IMG/VR virus record: IMGVR_UViG_3300043395_001970 | Coordinates: 1 to 64,000 of that record | Direction: 5' to 3' (one strand) | Origin: a virus | DNA length: 64,000 nt | Position numbers and translations under genes: made by a program | The notes under the pieces: model-generated | What the model saw: the letters and a program-made list of their open reading frames with translations, nothing else | Told to the model about the DNA's origin: nothing | Databases searched by the model: none | In this document: positions 38,366 to 47,678 of the stretch, piece after piece | How positions within the stretch are numbered: the first letter of the stretch is position 1 | Layout of the letters: the number at the start of each line of letters is the position of its first letter

Positions 38366-41083
38366 TTATGAATTTTGTTGTCTATATTCACCTGTCACAC
38401 TTGTTTGCCATTCCATCCCATTTAGTTCATGTTCAATTTGTGTTATTTGAAATAACCCATGTGCTGCATATTTATCCGGAATTCCTAAAATGTTAAAAGT
38501 ATCTCCCCTTCGCAACCCACTAACACCTATTGTTTTAAAATTGTATTTGATAGGAAGTGGATGCGATAATCTATCGTTACCCGAGCCATTGGGGCTGAAA
38601 GCGTCATTTCGTAATCTATCAAAATAATTTCCATCATTTAAAGTATAGATTCTTAATTCCCCTGCTGTATCAAAAACAGTGGCACTTTTGATGACACTTG
38701 TATCCATTGTAATATTTGCTCTTGAAGGGTTTGCTACTAATGAAATTTTTTCAAAATTTTTGCTCAAAGCTGCCTGCTCTGCTGCTTTAGCATCTTCCGC
38801 TGCCTTTTTTTGGGCTTCATATACTTCTAAGCTTTTCTCATATGATTTATTTTGTAAATCAGATATTATTTTATCGTTTGCATCAATTTCATCTTGTTTT
38901 GCTTTTATTTTTGCATCACGTTCCTCCTCCAAAGCTCTTATTCTAGCAAATTCTCTATCTCTAGCAGCATCTGTTGCAGCGTCTGTAAAAATAGATGCTA
39001 TTGCACCACCAAATTCTCTAATACCTACATTAACAACTCCTTTATTAATATATTCTGTACGTATGTCACGTATTTGGCTTGCTAATTCAGCATTTTTAGT
39101 TTGTAAAGAAGTTTTTTGTGTATTAATATCTTCGTATTCTTTAGTTAGTCTTTCAACTGCAGTCATTTCGGGTTCTGTTTGTGCAGCAGAACCAGATGTA
39201 CCTCCTGTTCCCTGAGTTGTTACCAATTTCATAAATAAATCAGTATTACTATTAAATAATTCTCCTGTATTTACAATTGCAGAGTCTGGATTGGTTGCTA
39301 AACTTAATCTTTTTGCAACAAGCATACTTGTCATATCTTGTGGTATGCTAATGTCCAAATCCGCAGATAAAAATGCAGATTCAATTCCAGCATGTATAAA
39401 TTTAGTAGGAGGTTCTGTATTTGCGTTTTTACCTACCCAGTTTTCATCAATAACTGTGATAACAATATCACCCTCATTCATTCCTTCAACTGGTTTATCT
39501 TTTGTAACTGTTGTTTCTACTATCTGAAAATTCCAAAAAGAATTCACTCCTGATGATAATTCATTTAGTATATCTAAAAATATTTCTCTAATTGTTTTAT
39601 TTGTTTGAGTTATTTTTGGATAAAAAACTTGGTCAAAATTAACAAAAAGATTTCTTAAATATCCCCAATAATTTGCGGACTCTTTGTGACCACTACTATT
39701 TAAATCAGTAGTTTCAGGAAATTTTTTGTCTCCAGTTGAATAATCCACTGGTACTTCATCGGATATTTTCCCATCTGCTTGCTGTTGTACTTCTATCGTA
39801 CTTAAAAAATATTTTTTGAATGGTGGTAATGAACTACCAGGAATAATTAGTTTATCCGGCTTTGTTGAAAACATATGAGGAAAGGCTCCTATAATAGTAT
39901 TAGATATATCAATCTTAACTTTTATAGTTTTTCCACCTACAGTAAGTGTATTTAAACCTCCATTTAGATTTAGAAGTTTTGCACACAATCCCATACTAAA
40001 ATATCTATCATTATTAAAAAGTGATTCTTTGGCAAGTGTTGCATTTCCAACACTTATATCGTTTGCTTCAAAAAGACCTACCGATTCATAATCAAGTAGT
40101 TTTTGGTTTACAACTTCATCAAAATTTATAAAATCATATTCACTATATTCAGTTGAGCTTAATTCTTTAATTTCTTTTATTTGTTTTTCAGCAGGAAGTG
40201 CGTTAAACATTGCTTTAAATCTTCTACGAGCGAGAGGACCATTAACTGTGCCACCCATAGCACCTGCAACGACAGCGGTACCTGCACCAGCTGGTGCAAC
40301 TTCTTCTTCTAATTCAGAAATTGGAAATGGATGTACTGTTGGTAATTCTATAATTTTTCCGCTTGCATCTAATTCTTGTGTCTTTTTATGAGTTTGTAAA
40401 AATGTAGGTAATCCGGGTGCTCCTTTACATTTAATTGTTAATTGAAAACTTTCTCCGTCCGATGTAACATTTCCACCAACTATAAAACCTAAAAATATAT
40501 CATATTCTCCAGCCGAACTTTTTCTTGCGTTATGTATATTGTCTTGATTTAAACATCTACTGGCTATAGAATTTAAAATTTCATCCAAACTTTTTGTAGT
40601 ATCTATCATTTGTGATAAAGCATTGGTTGTATTAAATCCCCACTCTACACACAAATTATAGCCCGGCTCCATTAAAAAAGCTTGTAGTAATTCCATTTGG
40701 TCTTTGGAAAAACATTGTAATGTCAAATTTAATTCTCTTGATATTTGGTCTTTACCTTCTTTTGAAGTTAATGCTTTTATAATTGGAGATGGTCTAAATC
40801 CTCTACCTTCACCAGATGCTCCAATTGCAGCTTTATTTGCTAAATCATAACCTATTGCTCCCGATTCAGATTTACTTCCATAAATTGCTCCAAAATTTTC
40901 GTCAGCTGTTTTAAATAATTTAAAATCATTATTAGATGCTATAACTAATCCCTTAACACCACTTACTTCAGCTCCAGAGATAATTCTAACCCATGGATTT
41001 AATTTTGATGCTACTTTAGTATTAGATCTTGACTTTATCGTTGCCGATATTTCTTTTTCTATGTTTGTTAGTTGTGGCCACAT
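38366..41083 (-). CDS. Putative baseplate hub protein
   Basis: Follows the LysM/gpX-like gene; N-terminal M.PGY...EWG and C-terminal G..G...GDTF.I..P....GLFQI..I.H.L...W.T; internal coiled coil. Confidence 0.6.
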   Translation of the reverse strand: MWPQLTNIEKEISATIKSRSNTKVASKLNPWVRIISGAEVSGVKGLVIASNNDFKLFKTADENFGAIYGSKSESGAIGYDLANKAAIGASGEGRGFRPSPIIKALTSKEGKDQISRELNLTLQCFSKDQMELLQAFLMEPGYNLCVEWGFNTTNALSQMIDTTKSLDEILNSIASRCLNQDNIHNARKSSAGEYDIFLGFIVGGNVTSDGESFQLTIKCKGAPGLPTFLQTHKKTQELDASGKIIELPTVHPFPISELEEEVAPAGAGTAVVAGAMGGTVNGPLARRRFKAMFNALPAEKQIKEIKELSSTEYSEYDFINFDEVVNQKLLDYESVGLFEANDISVGNATLAKESLFNNDRYFSMGLCAKLLNLNGGLNTLTVGGKTIKVKIDISNTIIGAFPHMFSTKPDKLIIPGSSLPPFKKYFLSTIEVQQQADGKISDEVPVDYSTGDKKFPETTDLNSSGHKESANYWGYLRNLFVNFDQVFYPKITQTNKTIREIFLDILNELSSGVNSFWNFQIVETTVTKDKPVEGMNEGDIVITVIDENWVGKNANTEPPTKFIHAGIESAFLSADLDISIPQDMTSMLVAKRLSLATNPDSAIVNTGELFNSNTDLFMKLVTTQGTGGTSGSAAQTEPEMTAVERLTKEYEDINTQKTSLQTKNAELASQIRDIRTEYINKGVVNVGIREFGGAIASIFTDAATDAARDREFARIRALEEERDAKIKAKQDEIDANDKIISDLQNKSYEKSLEVYEAQKKAAEDAKAAEQAALSKNFEKISLVANPSRANITMDTSVIKSATVFDTAGELRIYTLNDGNYFDRLRNDAFSPNGSGNDRLSHPLPIKYNFKTIGVSGLRRGDTFNILGIPDKYAAHGLFQITQIEHELNGMEWQTSVTGEYRQQNS

Positions 41084-41382
41084 TAAAATTGAACATTTTT
41101 GAAATCTCTGATTATAGATATATAAGCTTCTGGAATTCTTAAAATAGTTCCTTCGGCAAGTCCTATCTGTCCATTGTGAATATTATTTGCAGATGCTATA
41201 ATCCACCACAAAGAAGAATCGCTATAAAATTGATGCGCTAAGGTATCCAATCTATCACCCGTTTCGGTTGCTATATAAAAATCAGTATCCCTAAGTTCTA
41301 TATTAGGATATATTTTTGATTGGTAAACCTCTCTACCATCAATTGTTTTTTTAGTTGGATTGTTTTGATATCTACTAATCAT
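41083..41382 (-). CDS. LysM-like / tail X baseplate protein
   Basis: GDRLDTLA.QFY.DSSLWWIIA.AN..G.ILRIP. Confidence 0.85.
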   Translation of the reverse strand: MISRYQNNPTKKTIDGREVYQSKIYPNIELRDTDFYIATETGDRLDTLAHQFYSDSSLWWIIASANNIHNGQIGLAEGTILRIPEAYISIIRDFKNVQF

Positions 41383-41388
41383 AATTTA

Positions 41389-43467
41389 TTATTTTCTTAA
41401 TCTATTAGCTAAATTATCTACACTTCCCAAATTAAGCTCTTTCTGAATTATTGGATTTTGTGTAACTCCGCTAAATCTTTGTTTAAATTGTTTATCTATT
41501 GCTTCATCAGATAATTGAGCTAACTTTGAATCAATTTTTATTTTTGCAATATCGCTGTTAATACTAGATTTAGATTTTCCAATATCAACTGGTTTTTGTA
41601 ATTCTCTTTTAACCAATGTACCATCTGGGTTTGTTTCAGTACTTGTAGCAGGAACTCTTAATTTTTGATTTTTACCAACTCCACCGTATGAATAGAATCT
41701 GTTTGCTATAAAAGTTCCTTCTTTACCCGTTTCATCACTAATACCATACGAATCACCCATAGTATCCAAAAATTTATATGTAATATTAACATTTATAATT
41801 CTTGGTAGTTTCCAATATTCTAAATCAACGGATTGGTCTATATCAAATCCAATTTCCCATGGAGAGTTATCATCAATATCATAACTAAGAGATTCAATAA
41901 ATCCTTCTGCGTTCTTAAACATATCACCCAATGTTAATTTTAAAAATGGTGGAGTAATAAATACGCTACCAGCCACACCAATACCATTAGCAGGATAAAC
42001 TAATCCAGTCAAAAAATTAATCTTTTCCCATGCCACCTTATGTTCTTTTGCATTTAAAGAAAAAACTTTAAATGTAAAAGTAATACTTCTTTCAATTCCA
42101 GAGTATGTATAATAACTAAATGGATTTCCTAAAGTTTTATTAGTATCCCAAGTTGGACTTAAATTTTCACTAATACCAGATAATGTTGCTCTGAAAGATA
42201 CTGCTGTTTCTTTTGCAATAGAATAAAATCTTAATGGAATAAAATCGTAATCATCATAATATTTACCAGCTGCATCTTTTTGACCTCTACTATCGGTTTT
42301 AAGGTCTGCTTCTGTCAATGAATACGTTCCCAATGAATTTAGGTAATCACTACCTTTTGTCATACCTCTTAAAACTTCTATATTTTTTTCTAACTCATAT
42401 CCACTACCACCGGGAGTTGAATTTTTTGGATATCCCCTTCTTTTTGAATATGGTTGGAATCTACCACCATTATCATAATTTTCATTAGCTGTTATATCCG
42501 GTTTAAAAGTTCCTATATCTGCCATTAATCCACCATCTAAAGCAGATAATTCAGTATATCTTTCTGAATATATTGATGCTAAATCATTTTGTTCAGGTAC
42601 AGTATCAGCTCGTGCATCAATACTTTTTGAATACTTTGGTAATTCTCCTTTTAAATTTTTTTCAGCTACCGATGTTTTATCTTTGTTTGTATATACAGTT
42701 TTAGGTTGTATTTGCCCTAAAGGACCTAAATTAATCTTTTTTCCTCTACCAATTCCAATATTAGGTTGAGCTACTATACTTCCAAGATTTATTTCGTTTA
42801 CACCAAAAATTGCTTTTTTAAATTGTTGTTTTCCTAATCGTAAAGCCTCACCTACAATTTTATTACCTATTTGATTTGGTGTTGAACTTTTTAATGCAGA
42901 TGATAAAATTCGTCCAGGTAAATTACCTTCTGATTTTGCTTTTATTTTTTTAAGCGTATCTACTAATTCATGTGGACTTGCATTTGTAAAATCTAAATCG
43001 TTTACAACTCTTGTTGGAATCTTAGTTTCAGGAAAATTAATACCTAATTTATCAGTTACTTTTTTTACAGTTTGTTCTGCCTTTACTTTAAGTTGTTGTA
43101 AACTATTTATTTTACCGCCTGTTAATTGAGATAAACCTTTACCAACCAAACCACCATCTTGAGTTTGAGTACCACTAGCTGCCAATTTCATATCGTTTAA
43201 AACTGGTGTTGTTTTTTCTTTAAATCTCAAAATGTCCGTACCATACAATGTAGTACTTCTCAAACCTCTAATTGCTCTAATACCAATTAATTCTTCTTCT
43301 ATTCTTGTTTCTCCCAATCTATTAGCTACTCCACTTCTTCTAAGTGCGTTAATAGCAAATCCATCAATTACACGAATATCTTTACTATTACGAATATCGT
43401 ATTTTTGCTCTGCGGTTAGATTACCATCAATTTTTTTGGTTTTAAATAATTCTTGTAAAGTTGGCAT
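41389..43467 (-). CDS. Putative tail tube initiator / baseplate protein
   Basis: C-terminal half FRA..SE..SPTW..G.P..YTY.G.ER.I.F.F..LTLGDM..GFI.SL; sits after the tape measure gene. Confidence 0.65.
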   Translation of the reverse strand: MPTLQELFKTKKIDGNLTAEQKYDIRNSKDIRVIDGFAINALRRSGVANRLGETRIEEELIGIRAIRGLRSTTLYGTDILRFKEKTTPVLNDMKLAASGTQTQDGGLVGKGLSQLTGGKINSLQQLKVKAEQTVKKVTDKLGINFPETKIPTRVVNDLDFTNASPHELVDTLKKIKAKSEGNLPGRILSSALKSSTPNQIGNKIVGEALRLGKQQFKKAIFGVNEINLGSIVAQPNIGIGRGKKINLGPLGQIQPKTVYTNKDKTSVAEKNLKGELPKYSKSIDARADTVPEQNDLASIYSERYTELSALDGGLMADIGTFKPDITANENYDNGGRFQPYSKRRGYPKNSTPGGSGYELEKNIEVLRGMTKGSDYLNSLGTYSLTEADLKTDSRGQKDAAGKYYDDYDFIPLRFYSIAKETAVSFRATLSGISENLSPTWDTNKTLGNPFSYYTYSGIERSITFTFKVFSLNAKEHKVAWEKINFLTGLVYPANGIGVAGSVFITPPFLKLTLGDMFKNAEGFIESLSYDIDDNSPWEIGFDIDQSVDLEYWKLPRIINVNITYKFLDTMGDSYGISDETGKEGTFIANRFYSYGGVGKNQKLRVPATSTETNPDGTLVKRELQKPVDIGKSKSSINSDIAKIKIDSKLAQLSDEAIDKQFKQRFSGVTQNPIIQKELNLGSVDNLANRLRK

Positions 43468-43481
43468 TTTATAATTTTATT

Positions 43482-45794
43482 TTATCCTTGAGCCATAGCG
43501 TAGTTGTTTCTGGTACTACCCTCTACAACTGTACCAATACCCGCTGAAACCTTAGCACCATCCATTCTAACAGCTATTTTACCTGCTGCCAAATCTGCTC
43601 TTAATGCTTTTAATTCTCCAATCATTGTATTTAGTGGTGCAGATAATACTGCCAAATTTCCTCCTGACCCTCCATTCATAGCTTTTGCTGCTCCAGGTGC
43701 TGCTATTAAATCATCATTTGGAGATAATTCAAATAATCCACCTTCTTTTGTTGAAACTTGAGTTTTTCCATCAGCTGGGGAATACATATCTCCCGCTTTT
43801 TGTTGAGACTTTATAAAACCAATACCACCTGCAATAGCAGCAATTGCTAAAGCAGGTCCAACAACAGGCAATCCACCTAATGAAGTCCATGCTCCTTTAA
43901 TAACACTCATTATTGCTAATGCTTGTGTTTTTATCCACATAGCGTTAAAAATAGCTAATATTGGTAGTAATACAGGAGCCATAGCAGTAAATCCTTGAAT
44001 AATATAAGAAACAGCCTGACCAATTAGTTGGACTGGATATAATATGGCTTGAATTATTGGTATTAATGCATCTAATAATGGAGTTAAAGCATTACCAACT
44101 GTGGCTGCAATTGATGTAAAAGTATTTGCTAGCTTATCTAATGATTTTTGATTTTCTTGCTGAACTTTGAATTTTTGTGTTTCTGATGCTAATTGGTCTG
44201 CGCTTATATTTGTAATATCTAATCCGGCATTAATAGCTTCTTCCGCTTGTTTTCTTTGCTCAGATGTTAAACTATTTAATTTATCTTGCGCATCTAATTG
44301 TTTATTAATTTCCTCAACACTCATTCCAGCTGCCTTAGCTAATTGTCTTTGTGTAAAATAATCTTGCTTTCGAAAATCTCCACTTCTTTGTAATTGAGCT
44401 AATGTTTCTTTTTGAGCATCAACTATATTACCTTCCATTGCTAATGCCCTAGCTCTACTTAAATTAAATTGACCACCAACATAAGTTGCAGCTACTAATT
44501 CATCTTCAATACTACCTTCAAAATCTAAAAGTTTTTCAGCCGTTGCGGCTACATCTTTTAAATTAGTTCCAAGCCTTCTAGCCTCAATAGCATTTTTGGT
44601 TAATTTAGTTAAATCTCCTTTAAATAATGTTGATGCAACTTCTGCGTTTTCTGCTATATCTTTAAATACTTTTGCAGGAGCAACTCCAGCCAACTTAGCC
44701 ATATTTGCAGCTTGCATTTGTACATTAGCTGCTGTTTCGGAACTCAATCCTCCAATTTGTTCAAATATACCTTGTACCTTTCCGGAATCTGCTGCAGCAA
44801 TACCAAAGTTTTGATTCATTACTGTAAGTGCAGCAGTTGTTTCTTTTGAGACATTGTATATATCACTAAATTCAGATTTTAAAGCGGCTACAGTATCAAA
44901 TGCTCCTTTTGCTGTTACACCCAAATCCCCAAACTCTCCTGCAATTTCACTTGCATTAGAACGAATTCCCTCCATTTGAGAATTAGTCAATCCTGTTGTT
45001 TCTCTAAATTCTCCCGCAGCATCATCTAAATCTTTAAATGCTGTTATTCCTGCAATTAAAATTCCCGCTAGCAACGTAAATACTATAGCTTTTGCACTAG
45101 CTGTTTTTATTGCATTTCCTAATTTTTGCGCAAATCCAACTGCTCCTTTTAAACTATCAGGTAAAGCATTAAACATATCCTGCTGAGATTCTCGTATTTG
45201 TTTTAACTTTTGTTCTTTTAAATACATTTGTTCTTCAAGATTAACAGCATCCATATCTCTTTTAATTTGAGCTTCACTCAAACCTAAAACATTTTCTTTA
45301 ATTTTTAATCTTTTTTGCTCAAACTCATTTAATCCTTTAGCATCTGCTTCAGCTTTTGCAGTAGCTTGAGCTTGTTGTAACATATCATTACTTATTTGAG
45401 TAAGATAATTTTCCCTTTCTATTTCTGCTTGTAATTCTTCACCAGTTAATTTTGTTTGCTTTACTTTACTTTGAATGATGTCTTGATTAATTGAATGATA
45501 AATTGAAGTTTCCGAGTTTTGGTCTGCAAGTAATTTTTTAACTGCTGGAGATAATTTTGCAAATGATTTAGCGAACGCAGATTGTTCTTTTTGTAATTTT
45601 TTTTGTTCGTTTACTCGTTTTTGTTCTTCTTTAAGTAAAGCCTGTTGTTCCTTTTTTTCGGCTTGATAATCTTTTAACTTTCTTTTTGAATATGAACTAC
45701 TTAATTTCGCATAATGAGCTATTCGCTCATCCGCATGAGCAATTCTTTCTTTAATTTTTTCAATTTCTGTAAGTTCTCTTAAATTTTCAGCCAT
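43482..45794 (-). CDS. Tail tape measure protein
   Basis: 770 aa, Ala/Gln-rich and helical with a hydrophobic segment; canonical position downstream of tube and chaperones. Confidence 0.82.
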   Translation of the reverse strand: MAENLRELTEIEKIKERIAHADERIAHYAKLSSSYSKRKLKDYQAEKKEQQALLKEEQKRVNEQKKLQKEQSAFAKSFAKLSPAVKKLLADQNSETSIYHSINQDIIQSKVKQTKLTGEELQAEIERENYLTQISNDMLQQAQATAKAEADAKGLNEFEQKRLKIKENVLGLSEAQIKRDMDAVNLEEQMYLKEQKLKQIRESQQDMFNALPDSLKGAVGFAQKLGNAIKTASAKAIVFTLLAGILIAGITAFKDLDDAAGEFRETTGLTNSQMEGIRSNASEIAGEFGDLGVTAKGAFDTVAALKSEFSDIYNVSKETTAALTVMNQNFGIAAADSGKVQGIFEQIGGLSSETAANVQMQAANMAKLAGVAPAKVFKDIAENAEVASTLFKGDLTKLTKNAIEARRLGTNLKDVAATAEKLLDFEGSIEDELVAATYVGGQFNLSRARALAMEGNIVDAQKETLAQLQRSGDFRKQDYFTQRQLAKAAGMSVEEINKQLDAQDKLNSLTSEQRKQAEEAINAGLDITNISADQLASETQKFKVQQENQKSLDKLANTFTSIAATVGNALTPLLDALIPIIQAILYPVQLIGQAVSYIIQGFTAMAPVLLPILAIFNAMWIKTQALAIMSVIKGAWTSLGGLPVVGPALAIAAIAGGIGFIKSQQKAGDMYSPADGKTQVSTKEGGLFELSPNDDLIAAPGAAKAMNGGSGGNLAVLSAPLNTMIGELKALRADLAAGKIAVRMDGAKVSAGIGTVVEGSTRNNYAMAQG

Positions 45795-45806
45795 TTAGAG
45801 TTTTAT

Positions 45807-46016
45807 TTATAATGCTCCGTATTTTTTTAATATTTTTACAAATTCAGGATCTAATTGACCGCTTTTTTGATGTAGCTTAGCTATGTTAGCATCAATTTTT
45901 TTTAATTCAGGATCATTATCAATCACATATTGTAAATCTTTTGGTTTTTTCTTTTTTCCAAACCAACCAAAAAATTCTTTTAAATTTGACTTTGATATTT
46001 TATATTTTTTCCTCAT
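45807..46016 (-). CDS. Hypothetical small protein
   Basis: 69-aa ORF preceded by the putative late motif. Confidence 0.6.
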   Translation of the reverse strand: MRKKYKISKSNLKEFFGWFGKKKKPKDLQYVIDNDPELKKIDANIAKLHQKSGQLDPEFVKILKKYGAL

Positions 46017-46068
46017 TTTATATTTGTTTATTTGATATAAATATCCTATAAAACAAAAAGTTAGGATT

Positions 46069-46299
46069 TTATCTAATCCTAACCTTTGGAAGTTTTGGTG
46101 ATTTTGATGCGGTTGAAGCTTTTATTTGTTCATTTTCCTTCTTCTTAGCATCCACCAATTTTTTATAATAAAAGTTTCTTAAATAAGTTGGCATCTTATA
46201 TAATTCCATCATTGTAAACCCATTCCCATAATGAACCATATCAAAAATTTGGGAATGTAGATTTACACTATGGTTTATCGGAAGGCCAAAAAAACCCAA
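46069..46299 (-). CDS. Tail assembly chaperone second ORF (gp51-like / lambda T analogue), probably made by frameshifting
   Basis: IF.MVH.G.GF...ELY.MP..LR.FY..KL; overlaps the upstream ORF across GGGTTTTTTT and has no ATG at its 5' end. Confidence 0.7.
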   Translation of the reverse strand: MGFFGLPINHSVNLHSQIFDMVHYGNGFTMMELYKMPTYLRNFYYKKLVDAKKKENEQIKASTASKSPKLPKVRIR

Positions 46300-47029
46300 C
46301 TCCTAATACTATATTGACGTCCTCCACCTCGCCACTATCGTGCTCATATTTAATAGTCATATCCATATCAGGGGACATATTTTTTACATAATCTCTAAAT
46401 GCTTTACTATCTCTAGCTAACATTCCGTTTATAAATTTACTAATTGCACCTATACTACTATCACCATCAACAGATTTAATCATATATCTTAATCTAGTTG
46501 TAATATCAGCAGATGCATCTTTATTCATCTTTTCTAAAGCAGCTATATCTTTTTCAATCATTTGCTCATCGCCATGAGTTAATAACTTAAATGTAATTTT
46601 TTTACCATTTGATGGTAGTGTAAAACTAAACTCATTTTTGTTATTGAATAAAGAGAAATCAACTTCTTTTGTTTGTATTTTTGATAAATCAACATCAGCT
46701 TGTGCTGTATCTCTTAATACTGATGAATAAAATTTAAATGAGTATTCAGGTCCATATCCTAATAATCTTGTTGCCAAAATTATGGCATTCTTGTCTCCGA
46801 TTACAATATCGTTAATATTAATATTATCAACAACAATAGATTCAAATAACTTATCTAAAACAACACCTTTTTTAATAAGGTTTTGGTTAGAAAGAATATC
46901 TTCTTCCTTTGCTGTCATATGCTTAATTGTAATTCTACCCGATGCTAATGGGTGGTCTTTTGGGTACACTAACCCTTTTGATGGAAGGTCTAACACTTCC
47001 GTTGGAAAATCGTATTGTTTTTCTTGCAT
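46268..47029 (-). CDS. Baseplate hub assembly / tail chaperone (T4 gp26-like)
   Basis: LPSKG..Y, MTAKEEDIL, GD..AI..A.R...YG, F.LP..K.ITFKLLT, ending FFWP. Confidence 0.78.
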   Translation of the reverse strand: MQEKQYDFPTEVLDLPSKGLVYPKDHPLASGRITIKHMTAKEEDILSNQNLIKKGVVLDKLFESIVVDNININDIVIGDKNAIILATRLLGYGPEYSFKFYSSVLRDTAQADVDLSKIQTKEVDFSLFNNKNEFSFTLPSNGKKITFKLLTHGDEQMIEKDIAALEKMNKDASADITTRLRYMIKSVDGDSSIGAISKFINGMLARDSKAFRDYVKNMSPDMDMTIKYEHDSGEVEDVNIVLGVGFFWPSDKP

Positions 47030-47081
47030 AACGTAATTTGTTTTGTATATATAAATACATTAATTTAAAAAAGTTGGAAAT

Positions 47082-47112
47082 AAAAAAGGGATACCTTTTG
47101 AGTATCCCTTTC
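47082..47112 (-). terminator. Intrinsic terminator after the tail tube gene
   Basis: AAAAGGGATAC-N7-GTATCCCTTTT. Confidence 0.8.
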
Positions 47113-47132
47113 TTTTTATATCTTTTCTTAGA

Positions 47133-47627
47133 TTAGAATTCAAGAATTGCGTAATCGTAAGATAGTGTTAATTCAATTGTTGCAGGTTCGTTAGAATCAA
47201 ATGCAACATCACCAAAGTTTGCTTGATTGATAAATGCACCTTTTAATTTCCACTGCTCAATCTTATCACCAACAGGTCCTAACATATAAAAATCAATATC
47301 TTTTTTGTAGAACTCTGCATATCCATCTCTACCAGTAATAGATTCATGTGATAATCTCACCCATTCCATTACACCTTGAGCTGCTGAAGGAACGATTGGG
47401 TCATACAGAGTGATAGTGATATCTTGCCACTCACCTTTACCCTTCAACTTTCTCTTTACGTTGATGTGGTCTAAAGTTACTACTTCAAATTGAATAGTAG
47501 GTCTATTAGCTGCTTTTACAAGATACGCAGGTAATCCGACTTCGCCGAACTCCATCACATATCTATTTTTCATCTTAGGTTCGAAGTTCGTATAGAACAT
47601 CTTATCAAACTCTAGTATTTCTGCCAT
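47133..47627 (-). CDS. Tail tube protein (T4 gp19-like)
   Basis: EPK..NR, W.DITITLYDPI, V.EW, W.LKGAF, I.LTL.YDYA; follows the sheath gene. Confidence 0.92.
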   Translation of the reverse strand: MAEILEFDKMFYTNFEPKMKNRYVMEFGEVGLPAYLVKAANRPTIQFEVVTLDHINVKRKLKGKGEWQDITITLYDPIVPSAAQGVMEWVRLSHESITGRDGYAEFYKKDIDFYMLGPVGDKIEQWKLKGAFINQANFGDVAFDSNEPATIELTLSYDYAILEF

Positions 47628-47678
47628 TTTATTATTCCTTTATTTTATTAATAAATATTTCTTCGTTACGTTTTTATA

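Noticed and set aside
29573-44814. Numerous plus-strand ORFs of 60-235 aa
   Set aside because: All lie antisense to well-supported minus-strand genes and show no motifs.
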